Shown here: piece by piece, positions 13,101-26,063 of the stretch
How the letters are laid out: every line of letters begins with the position of its first letter
Position numbering within the stretch: position 1 is the stretch's first letter
Assembly: GCA_000934665.2 (NCBI GenBank)
Contig: JYFJ02001358.1
Span: 1 to 64,000, forward strand
Reading direction: 5' to 3'
DNA: 64,000 bases
Source of the DNA: Catajapyx aquilonaris
Taxonomy: Eukaryota
Program-made: the position numbers and the translations under genes
Notes under the pieces: model-generated
Database searches by the model: none
What the model saw: only the letters and a program-made list of their open reading frames with translations
Told to the model about the DNA's origin: nothing

Positions 13101-16100
13101 GGTGCACTCCTCGCAACCCTCGCTGTCTGCAAATCGGCAGGTCAACAACAGCAGCCAGCAACAACAACGGGGACAACTCACAGAAGAAGAGGGCCAGGAA
13201 GTCCGTCGTGGACAGCATGTCCTCCAGTTCGTCTCTGTCCAGATCCGGCAGCACCTCGTGTCTCTTCTGGCTCAGCAGCCACGTCAGGACCTCCTCCTCG
13301 TCACCTACGTCGCCTGGAAATTCCAGCCCCCATATCCCCCCATGCTCACACAACAACAATGCTTTTTATTACCTGAGTGGAATCCAATCCTCCTACCCAT
13401 TGTGTGCCATACAATACCTGATGAGAAGGCGTCGACAGCAGTGCCGATTGAAGAAGAAGAAGAGGAGGAGAGAATATTTTGTTGATGGTTGGTGGTTGTT
13501 GGGGGGGGGGGAGAGAAACGAATCAAAAGTGGAACAAGTCCATGTGGTGTTGCCAAGTTTATTGGTGAGGCGGCCAGTAAAATTTATTTCAAATTATTAT
13601 ATTTTGTGCAGACTTGCCTGCCTGAGTAGTAGTGTACACATCAGTTGAAACGCGTTTATTATCCGGTCAACTACATCAGGGTCCTCTACAAAGGGATTGG
13701 TGACGAGGCTAACAATGCTCGTCGCGGTGGTCGCTCATCCGCAGTTGCTCTGTTGTGACTGGGTTTTCCGAATTTTATAAGCTGTGGTGTGTGTAGTGTG
13801 TGCTGTGTGTACAGTATTGAAACAATGCAATTGAAATGATCAGAGAGACTGCGGGGTCACGACCCCGTTGTTGGGACTGCCGACTACGGGTGTTGTTGGT
13901 GTTGCGGGGGCTGCGTTGGAGCTTCGGGTTCTCTCAAATGGAAAGGCGCAGGTCACCAGGGTCAGGGATATACAGATAGAGATAGACAGATAGATAGAGA
14001 GATAGACGGTGGCGGGAGAAAGGTCCAGGAATCCTGGAGAGAGGACGGTCCAGCGAGGAGGGAAAGGAAGGGGGTGATATTAAAAGAGTCAGGATGAAAA
14101 TAGCTAGCTACCAGTTCAATTTGACGCTTTGCTTGGCTGCTTGTTACCTTCACGCAGCTGCTCCTTCTTGCCGCTAGACTTCTTTGTCTTTGTCACCTCC
14201 TTGGGCTGTTCGGCTTTAGTAGCCTCCTTTTTGGCCTCTTTCTGGCTCTTTTCCATCAGCTTTTCGCTCTTGCTCTTTTCCTTCTTGGGCTTCGGAGGAG
14301 CCTTCTCCTTCTTCTGCTTCTTCTTCTTCGTGTCCTCTACTTTGGTGGCCGGTCCGGTCTTCCCAGGGGCACCCACTGTCGACCAGGGCAGCGGCATCTG
14401 AGCGCCTATGGTCAGCTTCCTGAGTCCCGCAGGGGTCGGGCAGCATCTCATCGGGGTCAAAGGTTGAGCAGAGGACTTGCCTCCCAAACCCAAGAACACA
14501 CACTCTCCTCCTGCGATGGATCACAACCGTCCACTTTCTCTCTCTTTCTCTGCACAACTTTCTCCAGTTGTCGCAGGAGCGCGTTTTCCAGCACCCAACC
14601 ACCTCTTTTTATTTCCTTCCTCAATATTTACATAATGAAAATATTGTATACACACAAAAGTCCCCAGCCCCCCCAACTATATATGATACTACTACAAAAA
14701 ATTTGTATTTAAAAAAAATATATAGTTCTAAAGGGGCAACTACTTGCAAAAAAATTTGTCTGGACGCGCTCCTCTGACTCCCACACAAAAACTGCGCATA
14801 CATAAAAATCGGGCCAGAAGCAACATGTAACGAAAAATATATCATAATAATAAAAAAAAGCGACACCGGCAAGTAACAAAAATGACAACGTTCAAGATGC
14901 ACAGCGACAAGTAAACAAAATAATAAATTATTGGAAAATAATAAAATAAAACAGTAGCACGAAGCGGTTGCAGTTAGTGTGGGCAGAAAAAAGGCAGCGT
15001 CACCCTTTTTTTTGTTTTGTTTTTTTGAGATAGTGTTGGTCACGACACGAATAGTTTGGTTCAATGGTCATCACCACCACCACGGATCATAAACAAACAG
15101 CCAAGATGTGAACTATATAATATGAGTGAAACCACTTTTTGTTGCGGGATATAAGACAAAGAAGGGGGAAAAAGAGGGAATAAAAAGGGAAGAGAGAGAG
15201 AGATGTATATAGGAGACAACGAGGGGTCCAGCAAGTACGACAATGAGAGATAGAAAAAAGCTGTGTAACGTGTGAGGAGGCGCACCAGCATCATCAGAGA
15301 GGAATAACAAAAATATAAGAGCCGTGGTTGTGTTGGCTTACGTTTCTGCTGGAGGAGCCACATCAGCACCTTTTCCTCCCTCATGAGGTCACCTAGAGAA
15401 GCGAAGGCACCTTAGACTCCGGAAGACAATTTGCTCGTTTTCGTGCCTCGTTATTACCCCCCGCAATAAAAGCAAAAAAGTATACTCTTGGCAACACCAG
15501 CGACATTGACCACTGGATCATATATAACCGGGCACTGCAACGTCTTGCACCATCGGATAAAAGTGTTTGCACAGTGTTTCTCGAGGAAACGGTGTGTCGA
15601 GTAGGAGGATTGGAAACGTGGATCGTCACATGACCAGCGCATTGTTGGCCATGTGAACACAGCAACTATGTGTATACAATAATCATGCTATTTCATGCGC
15701 ATCACACTCTTCATGGATGGCCTAACATTCAGAACAATCACTGGCTGTTCTGCACACCAGGCCTCCAAATGTGTGAGCTTAGATTCTCCCCACTTTTTTT
15801 TTAAAGGAAAAGAAACCATTATTTCCATATTTGCTAAATGATCCGGGTTCCTATACTGCAAACTTGCCAACCTTTTTTTTCTTTCATTTTTTTAAATTAT
15901 TTTTTCCTCCTCAGAGCTCGAGTGGGGGCAATTTGCTGGTGGTTTGTGACAAACAAAAGTGTGCACAGGAACTGACCTTCAAAGACGGTGGGGACGCCGG
16001 CGTCGTAGTAGACCAGGGCGGGAAGGTCCTCCAGGAAGTGGCTGCCGATGGCCTTGTGGTCGTTGGTCTTCACAAAGTGGACTCCAGCAGAGTCGGCCTC

Positions 16101-19100
16101 GTCGTCGATGGTCTCCAGCTCCTCCAGGATGGCTTTGATGTCGTCGTCCTTGTCGTTCTCGTCGTCTATACCCAATAAGGTCATTAGGTCACTCTCACTG
16201 ATGCAATAGCGAAGATTAACACTCACAGAAAAGCACTGCCACGTGGTCCAGCTCGTCCAGCAGCATCTTCAACGTGTGGTGGTCCACTTCTTCGATCTGG
16301 TCCAGTGGCCGGTCCTTCAGCTCCAGGAGCCACTTCAGGATGGAGTCCTCCTCCATCAGGTCGCCTGAATGCGTGACATGTACAGTACATTGAATAAACA
16401 ATGTAAGCAGCACACAGTATACGTACCCCTGTAGATCTGCGGGAACTTGTCCTTGTAGAAGACCAGTGCAGGAAGTGTCTCCAGCTCGTACTCCTCCGCG
16501 ATTCCTTCGTCCGAGATCTTGACGAATGAGATGTGGTGGTGGTCGCACTCGTCGTCAATGTTCTCCAGCTCGTGCAGCATCTTTATGCTCTTCTTGTCTC
16601 CTTCCTTGTCTGCAAAGAAACCACAATTATTATTCGTTGGGCCTGTCCCCGAAGCCTGAGTGCGTCAACTCACAGAAGAAGACGGCCACCATCGGAGTTG
16701 TGTCCAGGATTTTCTGGAGCATCCGTATGTTCACCTCCTCGATCCGGTCCTGGATCTCCAGGTTGTCCTCGTCGGTCACCCAGGCCAGAACCTCGTCCTC
16801 GTCGTCCAGGTCGCCTGGAAAAGTGTGCGTAAATGTCACTGTACGACGACGGAGTTGGACTCCTATTACCATCGAAGAGAAGGGGATCCCTGTTGCGGAA
16901 GAAGACCAGGGCTGGAAACTCTTTGACTCCGATCCTCTTGGCCAGCTCCGTGTCCTCTGTGGTGACCACGTGTATTCCGTGGTCGTCTGCCTCGTCGTCG
17001 ATCTCCTCCAGGCCTCCCAGGATGGCGTCGCAACGGTGACCTTTGCCCTCCTCGCACGGACCACCTGACAAAAATATGGTGTGTTAAACCATCAATGCCG
17101 ACAACACCAAGTGCGGTATACTCACTGAAGTAGACAACCACGTATTCATGCTCGTCCACTAGCGTCTCCAGGATCTCGTCCGTCACTTCAGGAATGGTCT
17201 CGGACATTCGCTGCTCCACCAGCCATCGAAGTACCGACTCTTCGTCGTTCAGGTTACCTATACGAGAAACATTGACAGCGACCTATAATAAGACGACGGA
17301 ATATATAACAGACCTTCGTATAGTGAAGGAATCTTGTTCTCGAAGAAGACGAGGATGGGCAGGTTCTCGAAGCCGTACTCTTTGGCCTCTTCGTCGTTGT
17401 CGATTTTGACGAAGATGATGTCGTGGTGGTCACACTCGTCGTCGATCTGCTCCAGCTCGTCAAGGATGCGCAGGTCCTGTCTGTCGTCCTTGTCATCTGG
17501 AAAGTGCAGACGGTCACCTTTTATTTGGGCAGTTCAGAAGCAACCGTGGTACTCACAGAAGAGGGCAGCCACGTAGAGATTGTGGGTGATGAGCAGATCC
17601 AGCATCTCGTCCGTCACCTCCTCAATCTCGTCGTGCTTCATCTGGTGCATCAGCCACTCCAGGACGTTGTCTTCGTCCAGCAGTTCACCTATATATGCAT
17701 CACCAGAGGTCATTCATCGCACGATCGCTCTGGACATGTAAAGCTTCGACATCACACAATATATACCTTCGTAGAGATGTGGGATCTTGTTCTCGAAGTA
17801 GACCAGCGATGGTACCTGAAGGCCGTACTCTTCCACTTCCTGGTCATTGTCCAGCTTCACAAAGACGATCCCGTGAGAATCGCACTCGTCGTCTATCTTC
17901 TCCAGTTCCTCCAGGATCTTCATGCACGCTTTGTCATTCTTGTCGTCTGCGGACAACGCATATGGCCGTGTAGTACATACACACCCCGTGCATATCCCCG
18001 TGTACACAACGGATCACGACAAAATGCAAGAGAAAAAAAACAACCGGCCAAAAAATGTGGAAAATACAAAAAAAAGAACCTCGCATTCTCTCTCTCTCTG
18101 ATACGTTCCGGACATGGACGTGACGTACAAATGGACCGTCCACAACTATAAGGACACTATTACTGAGAGTCTGTGGGTTCAGACGGACCAGAGATGAAAT
18201 GGGCGGTCCACTTGACGACAATGAAACTTGTACAATTTTGTCGCATCTGCTGTGCTGGGGCCACTGTCCAGCAGTCACCGCAAACATTGTACAAGCTTTG
18301 CGTGCAAGACAAACGAAAACTACGACAGTTTGTGACGACAATCGCTGGCTCCAAGAGGACTCTTTATTACTCATTTCCCCTCAATAAATAAACGCCATCA
18401 TTCCTCAGCGACAACAAAGAAATGGGCGTCTTCATGTGCTTTGTCTGTTTTTTTCATTAACGTATGTTGGTGGCCCCTTTGTTTTTTTTTTAAAAAAAAA
18501 TCTATACTATACACTGCACTTTCCCCTGGAATGTTAGCAGGCTTGTGTCTTCACTACCATATAAGCTCGATGATACTGGTATATACATACGTACTGCGTG
18601 TCATGCGGATGTTTTGAGCAGCATTCTTGTCAGCTTTGTTTGCAATTATTGGCCAATTTCAGTGCAGCTTTAGCATGAATCCTGCCCATTCAATGCTGGT
18701 AGTTTACAGCACATCCGCAAATGTCCTACAACAGATATGTCCACTTGGGTGTCTCCAAATGAAGTGGATTCAAGCCTGTCTACGACAAAAAAAAAGTGCC
18801 TAACATGTAAAGCTAAGAGCTCGTAGAGTCCATTTTGAGCTGCGGTAGGTGTTGGAAAGGTATTTTATATGAGACAAACAGTGGACCTGCACAGACATTG
18901 ACTAATATAGACAGAGACAGACTTATTGTTCAGCTGCCATCCACTCAACAGGACGAAAGTTGTGAGGAAACCGAATGAAATGTTTCATTCAAAACCCTTC
19001 ACACCTCTTTCCATGCAACTACCTATACAACTTCCCATGCAATCTAATCACTCGTTGCCTGCACAAAAATAAAAAAACTCTTTCTAACAGGGCGTGATCT

Positions 19101-22100
19101 AATCTACTATGGAGCACTACTATCAGAGGGTATACATGCGAGTGCATTTTTATAGACCGAAACCGTTTCGGACAAAAGGGGATATCCAATCCAAATCAAT
19201 CATATGCGATGGGGATATGGCCTCACAAAGGGGCTGGATGGGGACAAGTCATCAGCAAGTCACGCGTTGTGCTTGATAATACTCACAAAAGAAGACGGCC
19301 ACTTCATTGTGCTCGGCTGCAAGAGCGACGGAGCAGACATAGAGCGGTTAGACCTTGGAAAAAATATCATGGAGAAAAAGAAACGGAGGGAACAGACCGA
19401 CACAAAAAAAATAAAGAAAGAGGAAGAAGAAATAATAGCCTTCGGTACACAGCTTCACAACCGAACCATCATCATCAATCGAGTCATCCAGCAGCACCGA
19501 CCATACATGTCACCCTCATCAAAATATACCTCAGAATGTCGAGAGGAACTCACAGAAAAGGACGGCGAGTGCCTTTGACCTCTGGATCAGCATGTCCAGC
19601 ATCTCGTCCGTCACCTCCTCGATCTCGTCGTTCTCCTGCTGGTGCTTCAGCCAGCCCAGGACGTTGTCCTCGTTGCGAAGGTCACCTGATGATGGAGAAA
19701 CAAGATAAGGTCGAGTTGTGTCTTTTGTGTATAGTGATGTCCTGGTAGGTGTCTGACCGTCGTAAACTGATGGGATGGAGTTCTCGAAGTAGACGAGCGT
19801 CGGCACGGCGTCGATTCCGTACTCCTTGGCCTCCTCGTCGTTGTCGATCTTGACGAAGACGATGCCCATCTTGTCGCACTCGTCGTCGATGTTCTCCAGC
19901 TCCTTCAGGGCCGCCTCGGACTTTGGCTCGTCCTCGTTGTCTGAGGAGAACAGCGATGGTTTTAAATTCGGATGACTTTTTGTCACTATGAGACTCACAG
20001 AAGAAGACAGCCAGATGGTGCGTCTCCCTGATGAGCTTGTCCAGCATCTCCTCTGTGACGTCCTCGATCTCGTCGCTCTCCGTCTGATGGACCAGCCAGT
20101 GCAACACGGCCTCTTCGTCTCCGAGGTCGCCGTCGTACACGTTCGGTATCTCGTGCTCGAAGTAGATGAGGGCAGGGATGGAGTGGATGCCGTACTGCTT
20201 GGCCGCATCCTCGTCGCTCACCTTCACCACCTGGATCCCATGGCTGTCGCACTCGTCGTCGATCTTCTCCAGCTCTGCCAGGACGGCCGAAGACTCCTCG
20301 TCATCCTCCTCAACTATGGGATGAAAGACAATGCTGTGTAATAATTACAGTAAGGTGCACACACGTATGTACACGCGTACAGAAGAGTACGGCCAGATGG
20401 TCGATGGACGTGGCGAGTGTGTCCAACGCCTTTGCAGACACCTCCTCGATGAAGTCGTCTTCGTCGCCAGTGGACTTGTTGGTGACGAGCCACTCCAGCA
20501 CCTCCTCCTCCTTGGTCAGGTCCCCTTCGTACACGATGGGCGTCCTCCTCCTGTAGTACACCAGGGCGGGCAGGCTCCCCAGGCTGAACTCCTCGGCCAG
20601 GTCCTCGTCCGCAATCTTCACGAAACCGATCCCAAGCTCGTCAGCCTCGTCGTCAATGTTCTCCAGCTCCTTCAGGGCCCTCTCGCAACGACGGCAACCC
20701 GCCTTGTCTGCACACAAAACGAACAGTCCAACAATTAGACCAATCTGGACCCAAACTGACTGATGACGAGGAAGGGAGGGCCAAAAAAAGAGCCCCAAAA
20801 ATGGATGGGGGGGCACCAAAAATATATATCCAAAGGACCAGTGTATATGTATAGTACAGCAAGTACCACACTAGTGGTACTCTACACTATATGGTGTGAC
20901 GTGGGCTGTGTTAATCTGTCTACGAAGAAGTAACTAGATATTTGTTACGAGAGAAAACAGATCGTCTCCATTTGCGGGCGTTGATTAATTATTTTGGGTG
21001 GGAGGGTTGGTAAATTGGGTGGGGGGGAGGTAATTGGTGTTCTATATAACCGGGTGGTTGTGTTGACTTACTTGTACCCTTCTTGGTGGACTTGCAGGTG
21101 GAATCCGACGGACCTATTGGCAAAGATAATGGCAGGACAGTGAATATACCGTGTGTCTTTTTTTTAAATCGTGTTTTATATAGGCGGCTGGGGCTCTCCT
21201 TTTCTCTGGCAAAAGTCTATATATCTCGACGGAGTGATTTCAATCATTCCTTGGCATCAATTTGCGCTGTGCCTGTACTTTTTCTGGTGCAGTATATACG
21301 AACACCTAATAGTGGACGAGGATGCATTTGTCGACTTTTTTTTGGAGTAAAAAGCAACCGCAGCTGCTTTGACGTCACGAGTGCATTGCACTGGCTGAGG
21401 AAGCAAAAGTAATTAAAGGAATCGTTCACATATGGCTTCATCAACGATCTACTTACCTCACAAACGATACGTATAATACTGGAGGTCGTCTCAACCATTT
21501 GGCTCAACGTCTGGACCAAAAATGGTTGAGACAATCCTCACACGTAAGGTGTAATATTGGTGTAGGTGGTGTGTGGGGACAACTTAAAAGTAAGGTGGGC
21601 ATATAAAACTGATGAGGTCGTATGTGAATGAGTCCTGTGCAACACACAGGCCAGTGGAGATCCCAAATAAGAACACATTAATAGCACTGCACTACAACCC
21701 GAGCATTATGCCGTACTCTCTCTCTCTCTCCGTCTGTCTGCATCGTAATATACAGTACATCAGAGTACCAATTGCGTCCATGCAAATAAAGCGACATAAT
21801 AAAAATGACACGACGATAAGCATCATATACGTACAGAAGAGGACGGCGACGTATGGCTTGTTCTCCACGATCTTGTCCAGGCTCTTTGAGTTGACCTCTT
21901 CGATCCTGTCTGGAAAGGCCATGGCCTCCAGGCTGGTCAGGAAGTCCAGAACACTGTCCTCGTCCATCAGGTCACCTGAACGAATCTCCAGTTAATACAC
22001 GCACATGATGTGCATCGTACTGCTGCATGTATATATACCTTCGAATAGAATGGGCGCCTTGTCCCTGAAGTACGTGAGCGAAGGGAAGGTGGTGATGCCG

Positions 22101-25100
22101 AACTGTTTGGCCATCCTCTTGTCGTTCACACGGACAAAGTCCACTCCGAAGTGGTCCGTGTCGTCGTCGATCTTCTCCAGCTCTCCCAGCACCTTGTCGC
22201 ATTGTTTGCAATTCTTCGTGTCTGGAATTATAACAATAATAATTGGCCATGTGCAAAAAACTCATCAGCATGATGGAGTCGTGCTTATAATAATAATCGT
22301 GTTGTGTGTGTTTCTCTATATACAAGTGCATGCGCGAGATAAGAAAAGGGTAGGTGATCCAGAGGTTGGCTAGACTTTGCAAAGTGTGTGACTGCTGCTG
22401 GGTGCGGGCAACTGGCCAATCTCGAAGCCAAATTCCTTCTCGTCTTTTGTCGCAACCAAGACCCGATCCTTTTCCGCACATTCTTCGTGCTCTCTCCCTC
22501 TGTTCTAGATACTGTAGTGCACATGCAACACTTGGATGCACAGTTCCCTATGTATGTGCCCTGCACCAAACGGTCATGACCACTTGCATCTTCAAGGTCC
22601 ATTCCATTGACACTATAGTTATACGCGGCACACATTTTATAAGTTCATGCCACGAGATAACGTGTTATTAGGAATTCTCTTGTAATCATGCTGAGCCATA
22701 AATATTTATGATATTGTACATCGTAATATCATGCATGCGAGGAATACGTCGTGATGTTGCCCAACAGTGCAGCTTTTTCTTCTTCTTCGTTTAAAATATA
22801 TTCCAATTTGGGTGCACTATAATGGGGGCCCTTGCTGGTTTTGCTGCTGCTTTACGTCCTGATGAGCCTGAGTAAAAATAGCACGTACTACTCCACATTA
22901 ATATAACTGGAGGGGGGCAGAGAGAGAGGGTTCCGGCTGAGCTTGACCCCCGCCTCCAAGGTCACACCCTTGCGACATGATGTGTCAACAATCATTATTA
23001 TGCACGGAGCCTGGGCTCTTATTAAACCGGACTCGACGCGATTGATTGTGCTGCGAGATCGTGCTGTGTAATTAACTAATTATTATTGGGGGCCTTAAAA
23101 CGCAGCTAATCGGACAATAGCAGTTCTGCACGTAATTAGCAACTTATAAACGGCCAATTAATGACTTAAAAGCAAGAAATGAATTCGGTCGAGTGTTACT
23201 TCAGATGACTTGCTGTCGACTGAATGTTGTAATGAATGAATGTTGTAAAGTCACTGTCGCAGTAATTCAAGTGCATCGTGCGGATTTATTACTTCAGTTA
23301 GAGTATTTATATTGCCAATTACAATAAATTGCGTCGTGTTATTTCCACCAACCTCCATGTTTTGATGCTCGATATATGGCAATGACCCTTCTCTGTATAA
23401 TCATTGACCTTTCCCTATTATACGTTTAAGGAACGCTCCATTTGTGTTTGCTGTTGACTATGTTAGTAATAGGCATGTCCTGCTGCATGCACACATCGAT
23501 TGATTGATTGATTGATCGATGGACTTGTTATACACTAGCAGGCTCCAATGGGTATACGAACCGCCATGCGTGAAGGTACTCTTGGGGGCACAGACGAATG
23601 ACATTTGAACCAATCAATTTTGCGGGACAAAATAAGCGAGTGAACTGTGTCCATAGTGTCGTATACAGCATGTAACACAACGTACGTGTGATTCCGGAAA
23701 ATGCCAAGTATAGTTTGGCACGACTATACATCCGCATTAAAAAACCATCCGTTATATTGATACGCGCTGATACATAGCAAACGACGTCACTGGCACGAAA
23801 CCAAGCAACAAACGCTGTGTGCATATATACCAAATACTTCTTGAAGTATTGCCTAGCCGTTTTATTGCACCCTGTGATGAAACAGCCTCTCTGTCAAGTA
23901 ATTTTAAACGTCACTAATCCCGATGCACCGCATTAGCACTGCCTAAATGTTGTATCTGGCGCACATGCCACGTCGTCTCGAAGGTAAATATTTCGCTTAT
24001 TACACGTCAGGGAAGCTCATTCAAGTAAACACTCGTAAATAACCACAGGGGGATTTTCTACATGTGCACTGATGGGGGGAAAAAAAGTGCTGCGATCTAT
24101 TTTGGAGTGTTTGGCAGGTCAAGCAGCATTGGACTCTTCTGGTCACAAAATGAACGGGCAACAATACGCGGGGCATGGCTATTGGCAAGTGAGCATTATT
24201 GGCAGAGAGTGCAGCAGGACGTGACGTAATTTATACAGCACCAGTGGGCCACGGTTGGGTAATTTCTTGGCGTCTAATTCCAGACAAATATTGAGGCTGA
24301 CTTGTGCAGTATTTGGCACCAGCAATTTCTGTATAGGAGCAATCAGCCTGAAAGCGGCGAATTGAGACCCTTTAGAGTGACAGTGTGTCAGTAAGTCGAT
24401 CCCCTCGGGTCTAAATATAAACCTATGGGAGGGTTTTTCTTTTTGAGAAATGGAGTGTTTCCGGTTGGGTATATGGCACGCGTATGTATACTTGTTGCAT
24501 GTGCGAGTGGGTGGTGGAAAAGGCAGCAAATAAAGGGAGCTAATTGTGGACAATGGGAATCGAAAGAAGTAAATGGCCCACCAGTTGGATGCTGCTGAAG
24601 AAGAGGAAAAAAAAAGAAGGAGCCAGCAGGGTCTCGAATGACACCCGGGACCGTTTTAGCTGCTGGCATCTTGCCCCTGGTGATACGCAGGATGACCCCG
24701 GTCGGGGGCGGATCTGGGGGCGGATGGCCCCGAGTAACCGTGGCCTTTTTTTAAAAAAAAAAAAATCTGGCGCTCTTGATGGTGCTCTTTCCCAGCAGCC
24801 CATTGGGCACATTCTCCGAATATTCCGACTCCTTTGGGACACATCTAGGTGAGGAGCAGCTGCTGCCTCCCGGGGTATTTACAGCACGGCTCGGAATAGT
24901 ACCCTCCTCAGCACCCACCTCCCCCACGCACCCAACTATTTATCTCCCCATACCCCCCTCGACTCAAAACGCGTGTCATAACGCGTGTGCATCAGCGAGA
25001 TATGCCGCCCAATAAATTCGGCATCGCAAAATCGGACGCCCCCTCGTATAATATAAGATAACCCCGATTTAACCCCTCCGGTGCTGGTGTTGGCAGCAGA

Positions 25101-25517
25101 GAGTCTCTTCCTGGACCAAAAATAGATGGCCCACTGCCCGGGATAGGCCACTTGGCCAGCTCTGTAGCTCTTGGGCAGCAGGCAGGGACGAACAGAGGTC
25201 ACCGGGAGAGGGGTCAAGGGCCACTTACACCAGTAGACGGCTACGTAGTCCTGCGAGTCCAGGATCCTTTCCAGCTGCTTCCCGCTGACGTCCTCGATGG
25301 TCGGCTCCGCGTCCTTGCCCTTGGCTGCACCCACACTGCCCACCACCACCACCAACAGAGTCAACGTCCACCACAGCCATTGTTGCCACTCGCACTGTCC
25401 TCGTCGGCGGGATGAGGTCCACGTCGGCGGCGGCGACGACGACCAGGAGGAGGAGGGAGGACAGGCGCCGGCGCCACCGCCGACAAGGGCCGGTAGCACG
25501 TGGCTGCCCGAAGACAT
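10160..25517 (-). CDS. hlk: Multi-thioredoxin-fold membrane protein, hulk/l(2)01289-like (15 domains, signal peptide, C-terminal TM helix)
   Basis: Repeated units IEEV...LDKL...VAVFF / CxxC..L.ELE.IDDE.D..G..FVK...A..YG....PALVYFR...P..YEGDL..EE.VL.WL. Hydrophobic leader WLWWTLTLLVVVVGSVGA and TM segment LFMYALGAISLTFVLYTIFLLFCF. Many short phase-1 introns. The gene name is from recall. Confidence 0.85.
14116..15392 (-). CDS. Alternative 3' exons of the thioredoxin gene (15392-15342 and 14510-14116), Lys-rich tail
   Basis: tag|GT GAC CTC gives GDLMREEKVLMWLLQQK, then |gtaagc...cag| gives RGECVFLGLGGK...RCCPTP...KKKKQKKEKAPPKPKKEK. The phases are compatible. Confidence 0.7.
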
Positions 25518-25978
25518 TTCCTAAAAGGCCGCCACTGCCAAACCAGCACACGCACGACTCCTGCTTCGCTTCCACCAAAAGAAAAAAGCCCCCTCTCTGG
25601 CGCACACACACCCCCCTACTCCTCCACCAGCAGCAACCAACGGACGCCCCCGACGCCTGGCGACGACTCGCGACGCCCTCCCGCCAACCCGACACCAGCG
25701 CCGCCACACATTCCTCCGTGGATCACCCTCACCATCATCATATGGGATGCTGATGCTCTTTGATCAAGCGATTAACCATACTCTCAGTACGAACAATACA
25801 AAGCAATCGACAATTGGATTTTTGGCACACAAATAGTTCGGTTTTCAGCACCAAAAATGTCATTTCTAGATAAATATTACAGCGGACGTTCAAAAGTCAC
25901 TCAAATTGGCGGGGAAAAGGGGGGGGGGGGGTGGCCTGTAGGGCGCATTCCCACTCCTGACAACTGCGACCGCGATTA

Positions 25979-26063
25979 CATTTGAGCGATTTCATCAGGA
26001 ATGAGCATCGCTCAGCGATTTCATTTGAGCGATTTCATCAGTAATGAGCATCGCTCAGCGATT
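25979..26063. repeat. 43-bp tandem duplication with an internal inverted repeat
   Basis: CATTTGAGCGATTTCATCAG(G/T)AATGAGCATCGCTCAGCGATT occurs twice. Confidence 0.85.

Noticed and set aside
21608..22880. CTGATGA motifs (near 21610 and 22859) as hammerhead ribozyme cores
   Set aside because: No stem II followed by GAAA and no flanking stems found.
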